Shown here: positions 1-12,239 of the stretch, piece after piece
Numbering within the stretch: the stretch's first letter is position 1
Layout of the letters: the number at the start of each line of letters is the position of its first letter
Source of the DNA: Phoronis australis
Lineage: Eukaryota; Animalia; Phoronida
Assembly (NCBI GenBank): GCA_002633005.1
Contig: NMRA01000067.1
Span: forward strand, 310,010-374,009
DNA: 64,000 nt
Reading direction: 5' to 3'
Made by a program: the position numbers and the translations under genes
Notes under the pieces: generated by a model
The model's database searches: none
Seen by the model: the letters and a program-made list of their open reading frames with translations, nothing else
Told to the model about the DNA's origin: nothing

Positions 1-1548
1 CACTGAGCCTAGGGCCGGAAAATGAAAGTAGGTCGATATGAAACTCGGCAAGGACTGAAACGGACCAGCTGAAAATGTTCTAACTGATACCAAGGTACTA
101 GTTAGTATTCGTTTGTTACGGTTAGATATTGACACAGCAGTAAGTTGTGTTGTTGATATTAAAGACCTGCCCGACCGACATTCAAGCTTGCAGACGTCGG
201 TTTACCGGCCAGTCGTTAGTTTTCTCAGTCGCATATCTGTTCAATAATCAACTTGATTTAATTAACTTAAAACTCAAAAGGAAATATGTATCGAAATACG
301 ATGACAATGTTGAGAACGTGATTTAAACCTTCTGACTTTGTACTCTGACACGAACCTATCCCGTTATCGCGCTTAAATCAACATATCAGTGCGTCTCATG
401 ACCGCTTACACATCGGAGACATATGTCATCACTTACCTTTCGGACATTATTCGCTTTATACCAAATAACATGTAATCTGAGAAAATCTCCCACACTGAGA
501 CCACAGAATATGTTTTGCAACAAGCTTTCACTCATTTGTGCCATTTTTGAACTTTGCTATTCCAAACAGTCAAAAAAAACCCCGGTTTATGAGAAGTATA
601 ATTATCTGTCATTAACGTTTTCAACTAGGAATGCACTTCAAGATGGCCGGCAGTAGTATGGGAGGGTGGACGTATTAACGCAAATCTCAATTGTCCATTC
701 GTGTCCAAAGTGCTTTGGTCACCTGTATATGAGCACTGAAAACTAAGCACGGGGAAACTCATGAGCTTTCAAGGGACGTGCAATGCAATTATGACAAAAT
801 CTTATTAGGAAAAAATTAGTCATGTTGAAAAAGGATAATTTTTAGAATACGTTTTGACAAAATAAGGCTCATCATGCTATGAATTTTTATAACTTTTATG
901 AAAACACTCAAAAATTGTATAAAAACGAAAACTGACGACCTGATATTTTCGTGAGCATTTGTCGTCTGCTTTAAAAAGACATTATCAGCAGGAACGGGAA
1001 GGTGTTTTTCTGCGATAAGTACCATTGTAGAATCGAACCTAGAATCCCCGAGGTCGCTACCTCCAGGGTGCAGCCACCTCCAGGGCGCAGCTGAAAATAC
1101 AGTCGAGTTCCTGACTGTTTTCTTCCTTATTTACATACTGATTACTCGAGTTGACGAGCCCGATAGGCGTCGCATCAGTGCTGCGCATTTACTAAGAGAC
1201 ACTAAGTGTTGACGTTGACAAGTGGGTATCAACATGGAATACGAAAATAAATGATGGGGGACAAATCTTTGCACTCGGAGCCGTGAAGGCTCTGCTGGAT
1301 ATCAGTCTGAACGATCTGATGCCGGGTTGAGATACATGTAATACCCTCACCAGCCTTGGTCAGTGAATGTCTGACATGAATTGGCGATTGTAATGAAATT
1401 ACAGAAGTACAAGGGATTTTGCCGTTTTATTACTTTGGTCAAAGTTAATAACTTTTAAAAAAATTATCCAATTCAACAATAATTCCCAAAATGCGTATTT
1501 CGCTCGTGATAAAACTAATTCTATCGGGAACTGATTCTTCTCTTTTAG

Positions 1549-2820
1549 GCGGAAATGAGACACGAGCGTAAAGAAGCGAAATTGCACGCAAAGGCGGTCA
1601 ACAGTATGCTGCATGGGAACTTCGCAAGGGCAGCCAACTTAGAGGTAAACTCTTAACACAGAGTGGTAATCGAACCTTACTATAGGGCTCAGAACCCTTG
1701 CCACGCATAGCAAGAACTCCTTACTATGCATAAAGGAGCTTAACACGGAAGCGTGGTGTGAGTGTGCGTGATTGTATTTCAGGTTCCCCGTAACGGATGT
1801 TTGAGCGTTCGGGTTCTTGTTGTGCCTGGCATTTTGTGGAAAGCTATTGTTCACCTTCCGTAGTGAGGGTCCATCTCCTTGGCAATGGTTCAGTTATAGT
1901 AACACCTGGAAAACGTTTATCATCACATTTTAAATTGAGAGTTTTAATGCGTGCAGCCGCAGGTTATACCCTAATGGCTTATAAAAGTAAGAAAAGTATT
2001 ACAATTATCGAAATAGAAGAAATTGTAACGTTGCAGAAGCAGGACGCCATTCTGATGATTATGCACATTCGCCCAGATCATGTGATACAGGCACTGTCAT
2101 TTATGGTTGCTTCGTTTGTCTAGGCACGCGCTTCAGTACAGCACCATCGAGCAGAGATGGCGCATCACCGAGAACAAAGCGCCCTAGCAGCGCATCACCA
2201 CCATCACTTCCCTGTTCATCACCCCTGTCAGCCTTGTGCACCTCCACACCACGTAAGTAGCCCATAGAGACTTTCAAACTTAGTTGTTATTGTTTATTTA
2301 AAGTTGTCCCAGAAGAGGTGTTTTCGTTCAAGAAAGTCTTGAAATTTTATTAAGTGCTGATTTAGATAATTTGCATGATGCCGCCGTCAGTTTTCAAGAC
2401 AATTGAAATCGCACTCCTGTGAAACCCACGACTGGGTTCCATGGACACGAAACTCGATAAACTTGCAAGATTACGTAAAACTTTTCAAGGTATCGCCATC
2501 TAAAAAACTCACGTGATCACGCTAGTTTTCCTCGCGAATCCTTTGAATCGACGGTACGTGTCCTAATTCTTAAATAGGGCAACATCTGAGATTGTTTTCC
2601 TTTCCAGACTCCTGTCTTGCCTCCGCCGGTAGGCTCAGTGGCATACCCAACAGGCCAAGCAATACCGCCTCCCGCTGGGGCCTATCCGGCACCCGGCGGG
2701 GCGTACCCGCCACCAGCTGGTGCGTTTGTACCGCCACCAATGGGAGGATATCCACAAACTTACTCACCTGCAGGCGCACATCCATCACATCCCAATCAGT
2801 ACGGTAACCCCTACGCGTGA
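1549..2820 (+). CDS. Unidentified spliced His-rich / Pro-Gly-Tyr-rich protein (3 exons: 1549-1644, 2124-2252, 2608-2820; 5' end possibly incomplete)
   Basis: Three phase-0 exons bounded by tttag|, |gtaaac, gtctag|, |gtaagt and ttccag| join without stops: AEMRHERKEAKLHAKAVNSMLHGNFARAANLE-ARASVQHHRAEMAHHREQSALAAHHHHHFPVHHPCQPCAPPHH-TPVLPPPVGSVAYPTGQAIPPPAGAYPAPGGAYPPPAGAFVPPPMGGYPQTYSPAGAHPSHPNQYGNPYA*. ATG at 1555 is a possible start. Confidence 0.65.
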
Positions 2821-4221
2821 AATGGATGAAGGAAGCCAACTCCTATGTCACGTTGTTAAAGAGGAATTCAACCCATGCTTTCTGTCAAATGTCACGCCCC
2901 CACCTGAAAGTTTATGTACGATCTTCGACTGAAGAAATAAGGATATGCCAGGTCTTCTCAATGCCAGAGGTCACTTGTAAACTGTACAAGGGACATGATA
3001 AAACAAATAACATAACGGTAATTGACCTAAATCAGAACTTTTCCAGTTGAAAGAAAGAAGGATTTAATTGAGTTTTAATTAACTTACAAATTCACGTGAC
3101 TGTCACGTGACTCATTGTTACTTGTGTAGGACTACTGGACTTTAAATGTGCAATCAAGAAGTTAGTTTACTCGCTGTATTGTCTTTGGTACAACCACCAG
3201 AGTATGAACTTTGTGTTGTAGTTTGGTTTTCAAATAAGAACAACACAGTTAAAACATCATCAGTGTTTTTTGAACTCTCGGTACCTGAAATTTCCATATC
3301 TGCTCCCTGATCGGTTTTACGGAAATTTGGAAAAAAATAAGGCCAAGCGAAAGCAATAGGCCTAAGTGCTTTTTCGTAAACGGATTGGCAGTTATACCGA
3401 AAGTGCTGTGGAAACTTATAAGGCAGCTGCTTGTGGGACTAACCAATCTGAAAGGTATTTTTTCTTGGATGAGCTGTTTTGTGAACAAAGAAGAGACACT
3501 GCAAAAGTTACGTGTGTATCTATCAAAGATGCGATGAGGCGCATTTGTCATGCTTCCACGAGATGTGTAGGTTTGTCCATCTGGGGGGTTACATGCAACG
3601 GAACGCGGCAAAATAGCAAAAGTGGTCTTACAGAAACCTGCAGCCACTGAAGCTCTGAAATAATTTATCTTAACAAATTTCACTCTTTCTGTTGTCCTTT
3701 GGAGGCATTGCTTGAGTCTGGGATGAAGTCGATGATCGAGTTCGCGCAGGCGCAAGAATCTCGCAAGGGAAGCAAGTGTGATCACGTGCTGCGTTTGGAG
3801 CACGTCGTGACGATATCTCGCCAAGTGTGGCGTGATCTTGCGCGTTCGCCAAGTTCTCGCGTCCACGGAACGAGTGAGACAGAAAATACGTTCCTGGTGA
3901 GTGCACTTTCGAGGCATATACGGAAATTCCCAGGACACGTGTACCCAGATATGGATAACAATTACGGTCTGATGTGCTTGTGATTACAATCAAATGTTTA
4001 CCTTTCATAGTTATTTTGTCATTTTATATAAGAATGTACATATTGTTTTAAAAATTTGAGAGAGTTATTACGTATACTTTATTTTGTTTTATGGGATACC
4101 ATAAATGCACATAACTACAAGAGGTTGTGTATTAGTATCCATACAAGATCAACATGGACTTATTTGTGTACATATTTATGTTCCAATAAAAATGTGGTTG
4201 TTTAATCCTTTCTTATCAAAA

Positions 4222-4672
4222 CGCCTCTTCACATTGACTTAACCCCGGTCTGAGCGGAGCGTCGACGTAAACTGCGATGTTAACAAAACCGTTGATACCG
4301 GCTTCAGTAAACCGCAAGTGACGCTGCTGTCATCGAAGTAATCGCAAGGTAGCGCTGCACGCTAAGATTTTTTTCGAATGTGACAATTTGGGAACATGTA
4401 CATGTGTTAATTGACATAAAGCTTATTTTTAATTCGATTGGTGATTATTAGAGCAAAATATAAGCAACTATTAGCAACGACACTACCCTTTAATTGTTGA
4501 CTATAACAGTGGCGATAACTTCGATATGACCGAAGTTGACCACTCATACTGTACCGCAACGTCGACGCTCCGCTGTTAAATCCACCTGTTTAGTGTGAAG
4601 TTAACTGACGCTGTTAAGCGCTCATACTGACCGCAACTCCCCATAACGCTTCAATGTTAGTATGAAAGGTCC
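4222..4672. mobile_element. PIF/Harbinger-like MITE (copy 1)
   Basis: Imperfect terminal inverted repeats cctcttcacattgac ... gttagtatgaaaggtcc followed by TAA; internal inverted repeat gcggagcgtcgacgt / acgtcgacgctccgc; no coding capacity. Confidence 0.5.
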
Positions 4673-6328
4673 TAAAGGGTTTTATTCACCTGTAACCCGC
4701 AAGCCATTCCTATGATATTCCATCATACTAGACAGACCCAAGAAGTAGGAATTTTTCTAACCCCATGCGCAGAAAAATCTAATTAAATTAGTATATCATG
4801 CTGCATGTGAATCCATGTTTCGCNNNNNNNNNNNNNNNNNNNNNNNNNNNNNNNNNNNNNNNNNNNNNNNNNNNNNNNNNNNNNNNNNNNNNNNNNNNNN
4901 NNNNNNNNNNNNNNNNNNNNNNNNNNNNNNNNNNNNNNNNNNNNNNNNNNNNNNNNNNNNNNNNNNNNNNNNNNNNNNNNNNNNNNNNNNNNNNNNNNNN
5001 NNNNNNNNNNNNNNNTACGATCTTCGACTGAAGAAATAAGGATATGCCAGGTCTTCTCAATGCCAGAGATCACTTGTAAACTGTACAAGGAACATGATAA
5101 AACAAATAACATAACGGTAATTGACCTAAATCAGAACTTTTCCAGTTGAAAGAAAGAAGGATTTAATTGCGTTTTAATTAACTTACAAATTCACGTGACT
5201 GTCACGTGACTGTCGTTGTTACTTGTCTAGGACTACTGGACTTTAAACGTGCAATCAAGAAGTTAGTTTACTCGCTGTATTCTCTTTGGTGCAACCGCCA
5301 GAGTATGAACTTTGTGTTGTAGTTTGGTTTTCAAATAAGCCTCAACACAGTTAAATCAGCATCAGTTTTTTTTGAACTCTCGGTACCGGGAATTTCCGTA
5401 TCTGCTCCCTGATCGGTTTTACGGAAATCTGGAAAAAAATAAGGCCAAGCGAAAGCAATAGGCCTAAGTGCTTTTTTCGTAAACGGATTGGCAGTTATAC
5501 CGAAAGTGCTGTGGAAACTTATAAGGCAGCTGCTTGTGGGACTAACCAATCTGAAAGGTATTTTTTCTTGGATGAGCTGTTTTGTGAACAAAGAAGAGAC
5601 ACTGCAAAAGTTGTGTATCTATCAAAGATGCGATGTCGCGCATTTGTCATGCATTCACGAGATGTGTAGTTTGTCCATCTGGGGGTCACATGCAACGGAA
5701 CGCGGCAAAATAGCAAAAGTGGTCTTACAGAAACCTGCAGCCCCTGAAGCTCTGAAGTAATTATCTTAACAAATTTCACTCTTTCTGTTGTCCTTTGGGT
5801 GGAGGCATTGCTTGAATCTGGGATGAAGTCTGCGCTGATCGAGTTCGCCGCGTAGGCGCAAGAATCTCGCAAGGGAAGCAAGTGTGATCACGTGCTGCGT
5901 TTGGAGCACGTCGTGACGATATCTCGCCAAGTGTGGCGTGATCTTGCGCGTTCGCCAAGTTCTCGCGTCCACGGAACGAGTGAGACAGAAAATTACGCTC
6001 CTGGTGAGTGCACTTTCGAGGCATATACGGAAATTCCCAGGACACGTGTACCCAGATGTGGATAACAATTACGATCGGATGTGCTTGTGATTACAGTTAA
6101 ATGTTTACCTTTCATAGTTATTTTGTCATTTTTTATAAGAATGTACATATTGTTTTAAAAATATGAGAGAGTTATTACGTATACATTATTTTGTTTTATG
6201 GGATACCATAAATGCACATAACTACAAGAGGTTGTGTATTAGTATCCATACAAGATCAACATGGACTTATTTGTGTATATATTTATGTTCCAATAAAAAT
6301 GCGGTTGTTTAATCCTTTCTTATCATAA

Positions 6329-6807
6329 GACCTCTTCATACTGACTTAACCCCGGTCTGAGCGGAGCGTCGACGTAAACTGCGATGTTAACAAAACCGTT
6401 GATACCGGCTTAGTAAACCGCAAGTGACGCTGCTGTCATCGAAGTAATCGCAAGGTAGCGCTGCACGCTAAGATTTTTTCTAATGTGACAATTTGGGAAC
6501 ATGTACATGTGTTAATTGACATAAAGCTTATTTTTAATTCGATTGGTGATTATTAGAGCAAAATATATGCAACTATTAGCGACGACACTACCCTTTAATT
6601 GTTGACTATAACAGTGGCACCTGGCGATAACTTCGATAGGACCGAAGTTGACCACTCATACTGTACCGCAACGTCGACGCTCCGCTGTTAAATCCACCTG
6701 TTTAGTGTGAAGTTAACTGACGCTGTTAACTTCGATCCAGGACCGAAGTTAAGCGCTCATACTGACCGCAACTCCCCAAAACGCTTCGATGTTAGTATGA
6801 AAGGTCC
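6329..6807. mobile_element. PIF/Harbinger-like MITE (copy 2, within the duplicated segment)
   Basis: TAA|gacctcttcatactgac ... gttagtatgaaaggtcc|TAA: inverted termini with a 3-bp TAA duplication, typical of Harbinger elements. Confidence 0.55.
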
Positions 6808-8236
6808 TAAAGTGTTTTATTACCTGTAACCCGCAAGCCATTCCTATGATATTCCATACTAGACAGACCCAAGTAGTAGGAATTTTTCTAACCCCATGCG
6901 CAGAAAAATCTAATTAAATTAGTATATCATGCTGCATGTGAATCCATGTTTCGCTATTGTATGTGTTGTGTATATTTGGGAGGGGGGGGGGGGGCGNCCA
7001 ATAAATGAATTATAAAAATTTTTGAACAAACGCGGGGTTTCAGATGGTTGATAAAAATACAACGTTTATTTTCATAGAGCTAGAGACATTTGTTCTCACC
7101 AGACTGAATCACATGCACATATAGGGACCCTGAGTCTTAATTTTTAAAGCTGTACTTGACAGTAAGTAGAATGGCTCCCCTTAGTAACTATTAATTGGTT
7201 TTCAGAGCTCACCCTCTGACGTCAAGAGGCCGCGTGAGGGTGTTTCCAGAGGGTGTGTGAACCAGACAATAAAAACTGCAAAACGGAAAACAATGACGTC
7301 ACTTAAATTACCACTTCTTCATTAAGCTCTACGCCATAAGTTTCTGCCGGTGAGAAGCGTATGTTACTCGTAAAAATACTTGATCATTCAGCGTTGCTGG
7401 GTACAATTAAATGACATGCATAACCATTGGGCGCAACAATCCGGCAAAGATTACGCTCGCTGACCTGGCACAATGTGAAAACGCAGTGACGTCGTATTTT
7501 CTTTCCAGTGAACGTACGAATGGCAAACCAATGGAACGTATCAATACTAGACAGTATACCACCTTATACCACCTTCTCATCTGGTCCGTTTAGAGACGGT
7601 GGCTATCTCATAGGGCTGCTACACGCTGGAAGTTTTTTTGCGAATTATGCCTCACCCTGATTAAACCATCACCTTGCTTTAAGTGCCTTTTGCGCAGGCA
7701 CAAGGAGGCGCCTTAGAAGGCCGTTGATGTCTTTAACTCTTCCGGATAGATCTTAGGGAGAAGTTTAATGAGTGACTACAGAAAACACAACGCGGGATTG
7801 AGCACACTCCATTGTAATATTTTTAGTGGGCAATCATTTCCTAGTTCTGCACAGCATTTCGTCACCTTGTTGGCGACTTTGGTTGTTGTTTCTTTTTTAC
7901 ATGTGTTCACTTACTGATTCACTGCTACATGTACTTTTCCCTTGTTACGCAATTTCTATAACTAGACGGGGAAAACCGTAATTAAAAACACCGTCAAGTC
8001 ACATTTGACGTGACAATTGTCTAATCGAAAAACCAATTATAGTTTTAGGCTCGAAAATTACGTGATGACCTCTTATTGGGCATGGTTTACGGTAACTGAT
8101 ACCTAGGGTGTAATGCGAGACATCGCGGGGGTTGGATTTGTGGTTTAGTAGATGTTAAAATTAGCTTAGCAACTGAAAATCCGCGCCCTAATTAGTGTCA
8201 ATGGAACAAGAACAAAAATCCTACCATTTCCCCTCA

Positions 8237-8593
8237 GTTGAAAGGATACCAAACCCGGTTTTGGCCTATTAACAGACATTAAAAATGACGTTCCCATCTG
8301 GCCCTCTGAAACAAAATATGCTTTGTAACCCTCAACATACTTGTAGCAAAATTTGAAAATTCCTTAGAAAATCTGCTAAACAGGCAAGCGTGACCTACGC
8401 TTTTAGGCCTACACGGCAACTGCAGGGAAAGACCACCTACCATGTACCATAATAAACTATCTGTGACAAGAAAATATCTGAATTTTTAGTTGACTCCTGC
8501 TTTTATCACTCAGGACCACAATGGTGCATATTGTAAGGTGGCAGAACCAGGATTGCTTGAAATCACCAAAACTGGGTTTGGTATCCTTTCAAC
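8237..8593. mobile_element. MITE with 28-bp terminal inverted repeats (Kolobok-like ends)
   Basis: gttgaaaggataccaaacccggttttgg at 8237 is, apart from one mismatch, the reverse complement of ccaaaactgggtttggtatcctttcaac ending at 8593. The ends resemble the TTAA-AGG...CCT-TTAA termini of Kolobok MITEs. Confidence 0.6.
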
Positions 8594-8698
8594 ATTAAAA
8601 TCGACCGTAAAGAGACAAAATACATACCCGGACAGAAACTGCTGGTGAGATGTGAATTTTAATTGCGACTTGGTGAATCACTTAGAAACTCATAGTGA

Positions 8699-8772
8699 AA
8701 TCGTGGTGGTGTAGTGGTTAAGCACGCGCGCTCTATCCGCCAGGTCGTGAGTTCGAGTCTGTGATATACACG
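8699..8772 (+). pseudogene. tRNA-derived sequence (tRNA pseudogene or SINE head)
   Basis: A box TGGTGTAGTGG and B box GTTCGAGTC at tRNA-like spacing, followed by T-rich runs; no intact cloverleaf. Confidence 0.4.
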
Positions 8773-10586
8773 GTTTTTCCTGTTTGACACGTTCTCCGTG
8801 TTTTTTCTTTTTTCTTTGTCTTTTTTTCTTGGATAATACTTCGGGAATCAAGGAAAATGTTTGATTTTTAGAGGAAAAAACAGAAAAATTTCCTGGGCGA
8901 CCTCCCCCCATTCGGTGCTATACGCATCTACGCGAATGCTTACCCGGACAAAATGTTGGGCCCCCCTTGTGATATCCTAGATCCGCCACTGGGGGGGAGA
9001 GGCTCGAATTTCTGACGAAAAAAACGGGGAACCACCTTCAGAACTGTGAACTGTGCGTCTGCGCCTTTTGGTGGACTTTGTCTCGTTTTCTGGGACAATT
9101 TGTTTCTCTGTGGCGGACCTTTTTGCCCACTTCGCCAAATGGGGGGAGCCCCCGAGCCCCCTCTGGGTGCGCGCATGCCACCAACCCACTTTTATCCTCA
9201 CCTCAGCACGCTAATATCGGACCAGACACAGGCTAAACTGAGGACAATATCGCACACTAGTCGTGTTGAAGAATACGTGCTACGCCATAGCTTACATAGG
9301 GCTAGGTAACTCAAAAATGGAAACCGGAATAAAGCGACTGTTGCTGCATCCACCACTAGCACACTTGCTAACGGCACATAATGGGCGTAATTTAACACCC
9401 CAGGAGTGCCAGTTCCTCCGCTGTAATCGAGGAGTCATATTACCTAACTTGCCTTAAAATTCCATTGAAAGTTGGTTTTACGTCGTGAGGAATATAAAGC
9501 TGCTCCCGAGGAGCATTTTGTCATTCGTCCACCAAGCAATAGAGGAACCTTAAAACGTCAGCCAATTACTTTTACTGTCGTCAGTTGGAAATCACTTTTG
9601 GAGTGACAGTCTGGTAAGTTATCTCATCACTTTAGCTTAAAAAACCTTGTACCGGGATCTGTTTAATTTCATTAACATGCTTCAACTTAAGACTTTAAAA
9701 AAACAGAAATTTTGTCTTACGCTTTCATTTCACAATTGTTGAAAAAGTTTAGCCAAGTTATTATAAGCAAATCACAGACTAGAAATAATACACAGAAAAT
9801 AATCACTTCAGTAACTAGCAGTTACGTGCACATTCTCAGGGTCTTCGCACTTTTGCTCAAGAGAGATTCAATTAATTTCAGAAATAGTTGTGTGTAGCGT
9901 AAGACCAAATTTCTGACTTACCTCTTTTAAAAGTGACTTCACGAGGCTTACGTTTAGCAGTGCAGTTTAAACGTCAAGAGCTTTGTATGGACTATGCCGA
10001 CCTGCCGTGATCATTCGAAAAACTTCGAGATTCCGAGAGGGATCCAATCCGTCGATTAGTCAAAAACTGACGCTTAAAACCAGTCGAAAGTCATCACCGA
10101 TGTCAATCTATTTTTGTATGCATACTGATGAGAATAATCCAAAATTTACCCGGCTCAGTTTGGCATTCCTGGATACGCACAACAGTTAAAAGCTCGATTT
10201 CATAAGCAAATGCCTGGTTGGACTTTTCATGAGGCGCCCAACAACGAAACAACCGATGAGGTCGCCGCCTAGTAGACTTAGTTAATTTTGACTGGAAGTC
10301 AGTTTTGTTAGGAAAATGCGGAGCTATTAAACAGCACAACATATCTTGCTCTCAATAGATCTGTTCAACGTTACCGTATCTACGAGAAATCTAATCTAAC
10401 AAAAATAACAACCAAGAACAGTTTTACGGCCATAACACCGATTGTGTTTTTTAAAGACTTCAGAAAAAGCACAGTTTCGATTCTCAGACCTCTGCACCAC
10501 AATGTTTGATGGTCATTAAATACAAGTTCGACCTCTACGAAAACAACAGTTACTAGGAAACATACAGAATAATCGAAAAAAATAGT

Positions 10587-10658
10587 TAGCAGAGCAAGGT
10601 TTCGATCCTCGGACCTCTGGGTTATGGGCCCAGCACGCTTCCACTGCGCCACTCTGCT
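10587..10658 (-). tRNA. tRNA-iMet(CAT), initiator
   Basis: AGCAGAGTGGCGCAGTGGAAGCGTGCTGGGCCCATAACCCAGAGGTCCGAGGATCGAAACCTTGCTCTGCTA (72 nt). Has A1:U72, three G-C pairs in the anticodon stem and A54 (GATCG T-loop), all eukaryotic initiator hallmarks. T7 Pol III terminator at 10576-10582. Confidence 0.97.
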
Positions 10659-10762
10659 ACTGTGTAAAAAGAGTTATGAAAACAACAATCAGTCAACTTG
10701 GTAATTTACAAATGCATGAAGGACATCTTTAGCAGAACACACCAAAACATTAACAAAGCCTT

Positions 10763-10823
10763 TAGCAGAGTAAGGTTTCGAAACTTAGACCTCTGAGTTA
10801 TGCGCCCAGCACGCACGCTTCCG
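10763..10823 (-). pseudogene. Degenerate, 5'-truncated tRNA-iMet copy
   Basis: tagcagagtaaggtttcgaaacttagacctctgagttatgcgcccagcacgcacgcttcc aligns to the adjacent tRNA-iMet with several substitutions and a small duplication; the 5' acceptor strand is missing. Confidence 0.75.
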
Positions 10824-12167
10824 CTTCCCAATAATTTTCTGTGCACCACTATTTAAACCCACGTTGTTCTAACATAAAAGTTGGTCTAAATAAATGTGTA
10901 TGTGTCTAACGTTGACATTCAATATCGTTACAGCGCTGTTTGAAGAGGATGATAATGCGACCTCGTTATTAGACACTTGCGAGCACCAAACAATTCAAAA
11001 TGGACATGAAAATATAATATTCTTAACAACGAGTCGACCTTACAGAATCACGCCGTCTCACGACAAAGATTAGCATAACTATTTCAGGGGATTTCAAAAG
11101 CAGAGCGTAATCCAATATTTTATCATTTTTGTTAATCTTTGCGCATTCTTGGTCGTTCTTTCAAATTGTCCCGTGGCCGAAATACTGCGTACCGTTCTCC
11201 TCAAACGTACCAGGAATTTAGGAAATCTATTAATATGAAAAAGTTTTAGATTGCCATCCTAATGACGTCATAGCATTCTTGTTTCCTTCTGAGTGATAGG
11301 GGCAAAGATTTTATAGATACCTAAGATCTCCGACTTATGACCTAAATAGTCACAGCGTTACAAGCAGCGCCACCTTCTGGAAGGCCATCTTGGGATATAG
11401 TATCTTTGATAGGGGTTTATCGTAGGGTCAAATGATTTCAGCCACATTCTAGCCATCAAAAATCTTGACAATTGCTTTCGATGCTTGTTCTGTAGGCGTT
11501 TTTAGCCTTATTTATTTCTTCAAGGGTAAATTTATAGTCGAAATATGTAGACCTTAGCTTCTTAGGTGTCATCCATTTCTAAAAAAAAATAATTTCAGTT
11601 TTTAACCATTATTTACTAAACCTTATAATTAGTCTACCAAATTATTAAACATTTCTTGTAAGATTATACCCATTCCTTAAAATAACATCACGTCATCAAC
11701 AAACAACAAAATATACTAAGAATTACATTCCAATGATTGGAAATTAATGTCCTTTACAAGATATGTTTCAAAACTAATAAAAAAATTAAGTTCTGATAAT
11801 TGATAACTTTAATTCTTTCACTCCCGGTGTGCACAAAGTAGTCAGTGATATGTCCACACTTATATTATATCTAACACATTCCGTCATGCTTTCATGCATA
11901 TTCTCTTATACTTTATACATTTCCTACAAAATGTTTGAAGCCAACTCTTCACACAGTCAACTGGACATTTTTTTTCGTACTCCACAGCTGTAGAGTCGTC
12001 TTCTGGAATTGTCATATATTTATCTAACGAACGTATTCAAGTTACAGTTGTTGAGTATTGCTGCTTGACTTGCAGTATGACAATACATTCAGGCGAAATA
12101 TCTAAGCGATTCCATAAATCTTTTGAGAAAAACGTCCACATCAACAAAATTATATTAAAAAAAATGT

Positions 12168-12239
12168 TAGCAGAGCAAGGTTTCGATCCTCGGACCTCTG
12201 GGTTATGGGCCCAGCACGCTTCCACTGCGCCACTCTGCT
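12168..12239 (-). tRNA. tRNA-iMet(CAT), initiator
   Basis: Identical to the 10587-10658 copy; T8 terminator at 12157-12164. Confidence 0.97.

Larger units (their letters stand above)
2917..6954. repeat. About 1.9 kb direct duplication (2917-4823 vs 5016-6954) across a 192-N gap; probable haplotype/assembly duplication
   Basis: Near-identical sequence, differing by SNPs and small indels, ends at and restarts after the N run 4824-5015. Confidence 0.85.

Noticed and set aside
4783-5112. ORFs spanning the N run
   Set aside because: Artefacts of the assembly gap 4824-5015.
10380-10652. ORFs beginning MAQWKRAGPITQRS (also 14118-14360 and 12037-12280)
   Set aside because: They are translations across tRNA-iMet genes.
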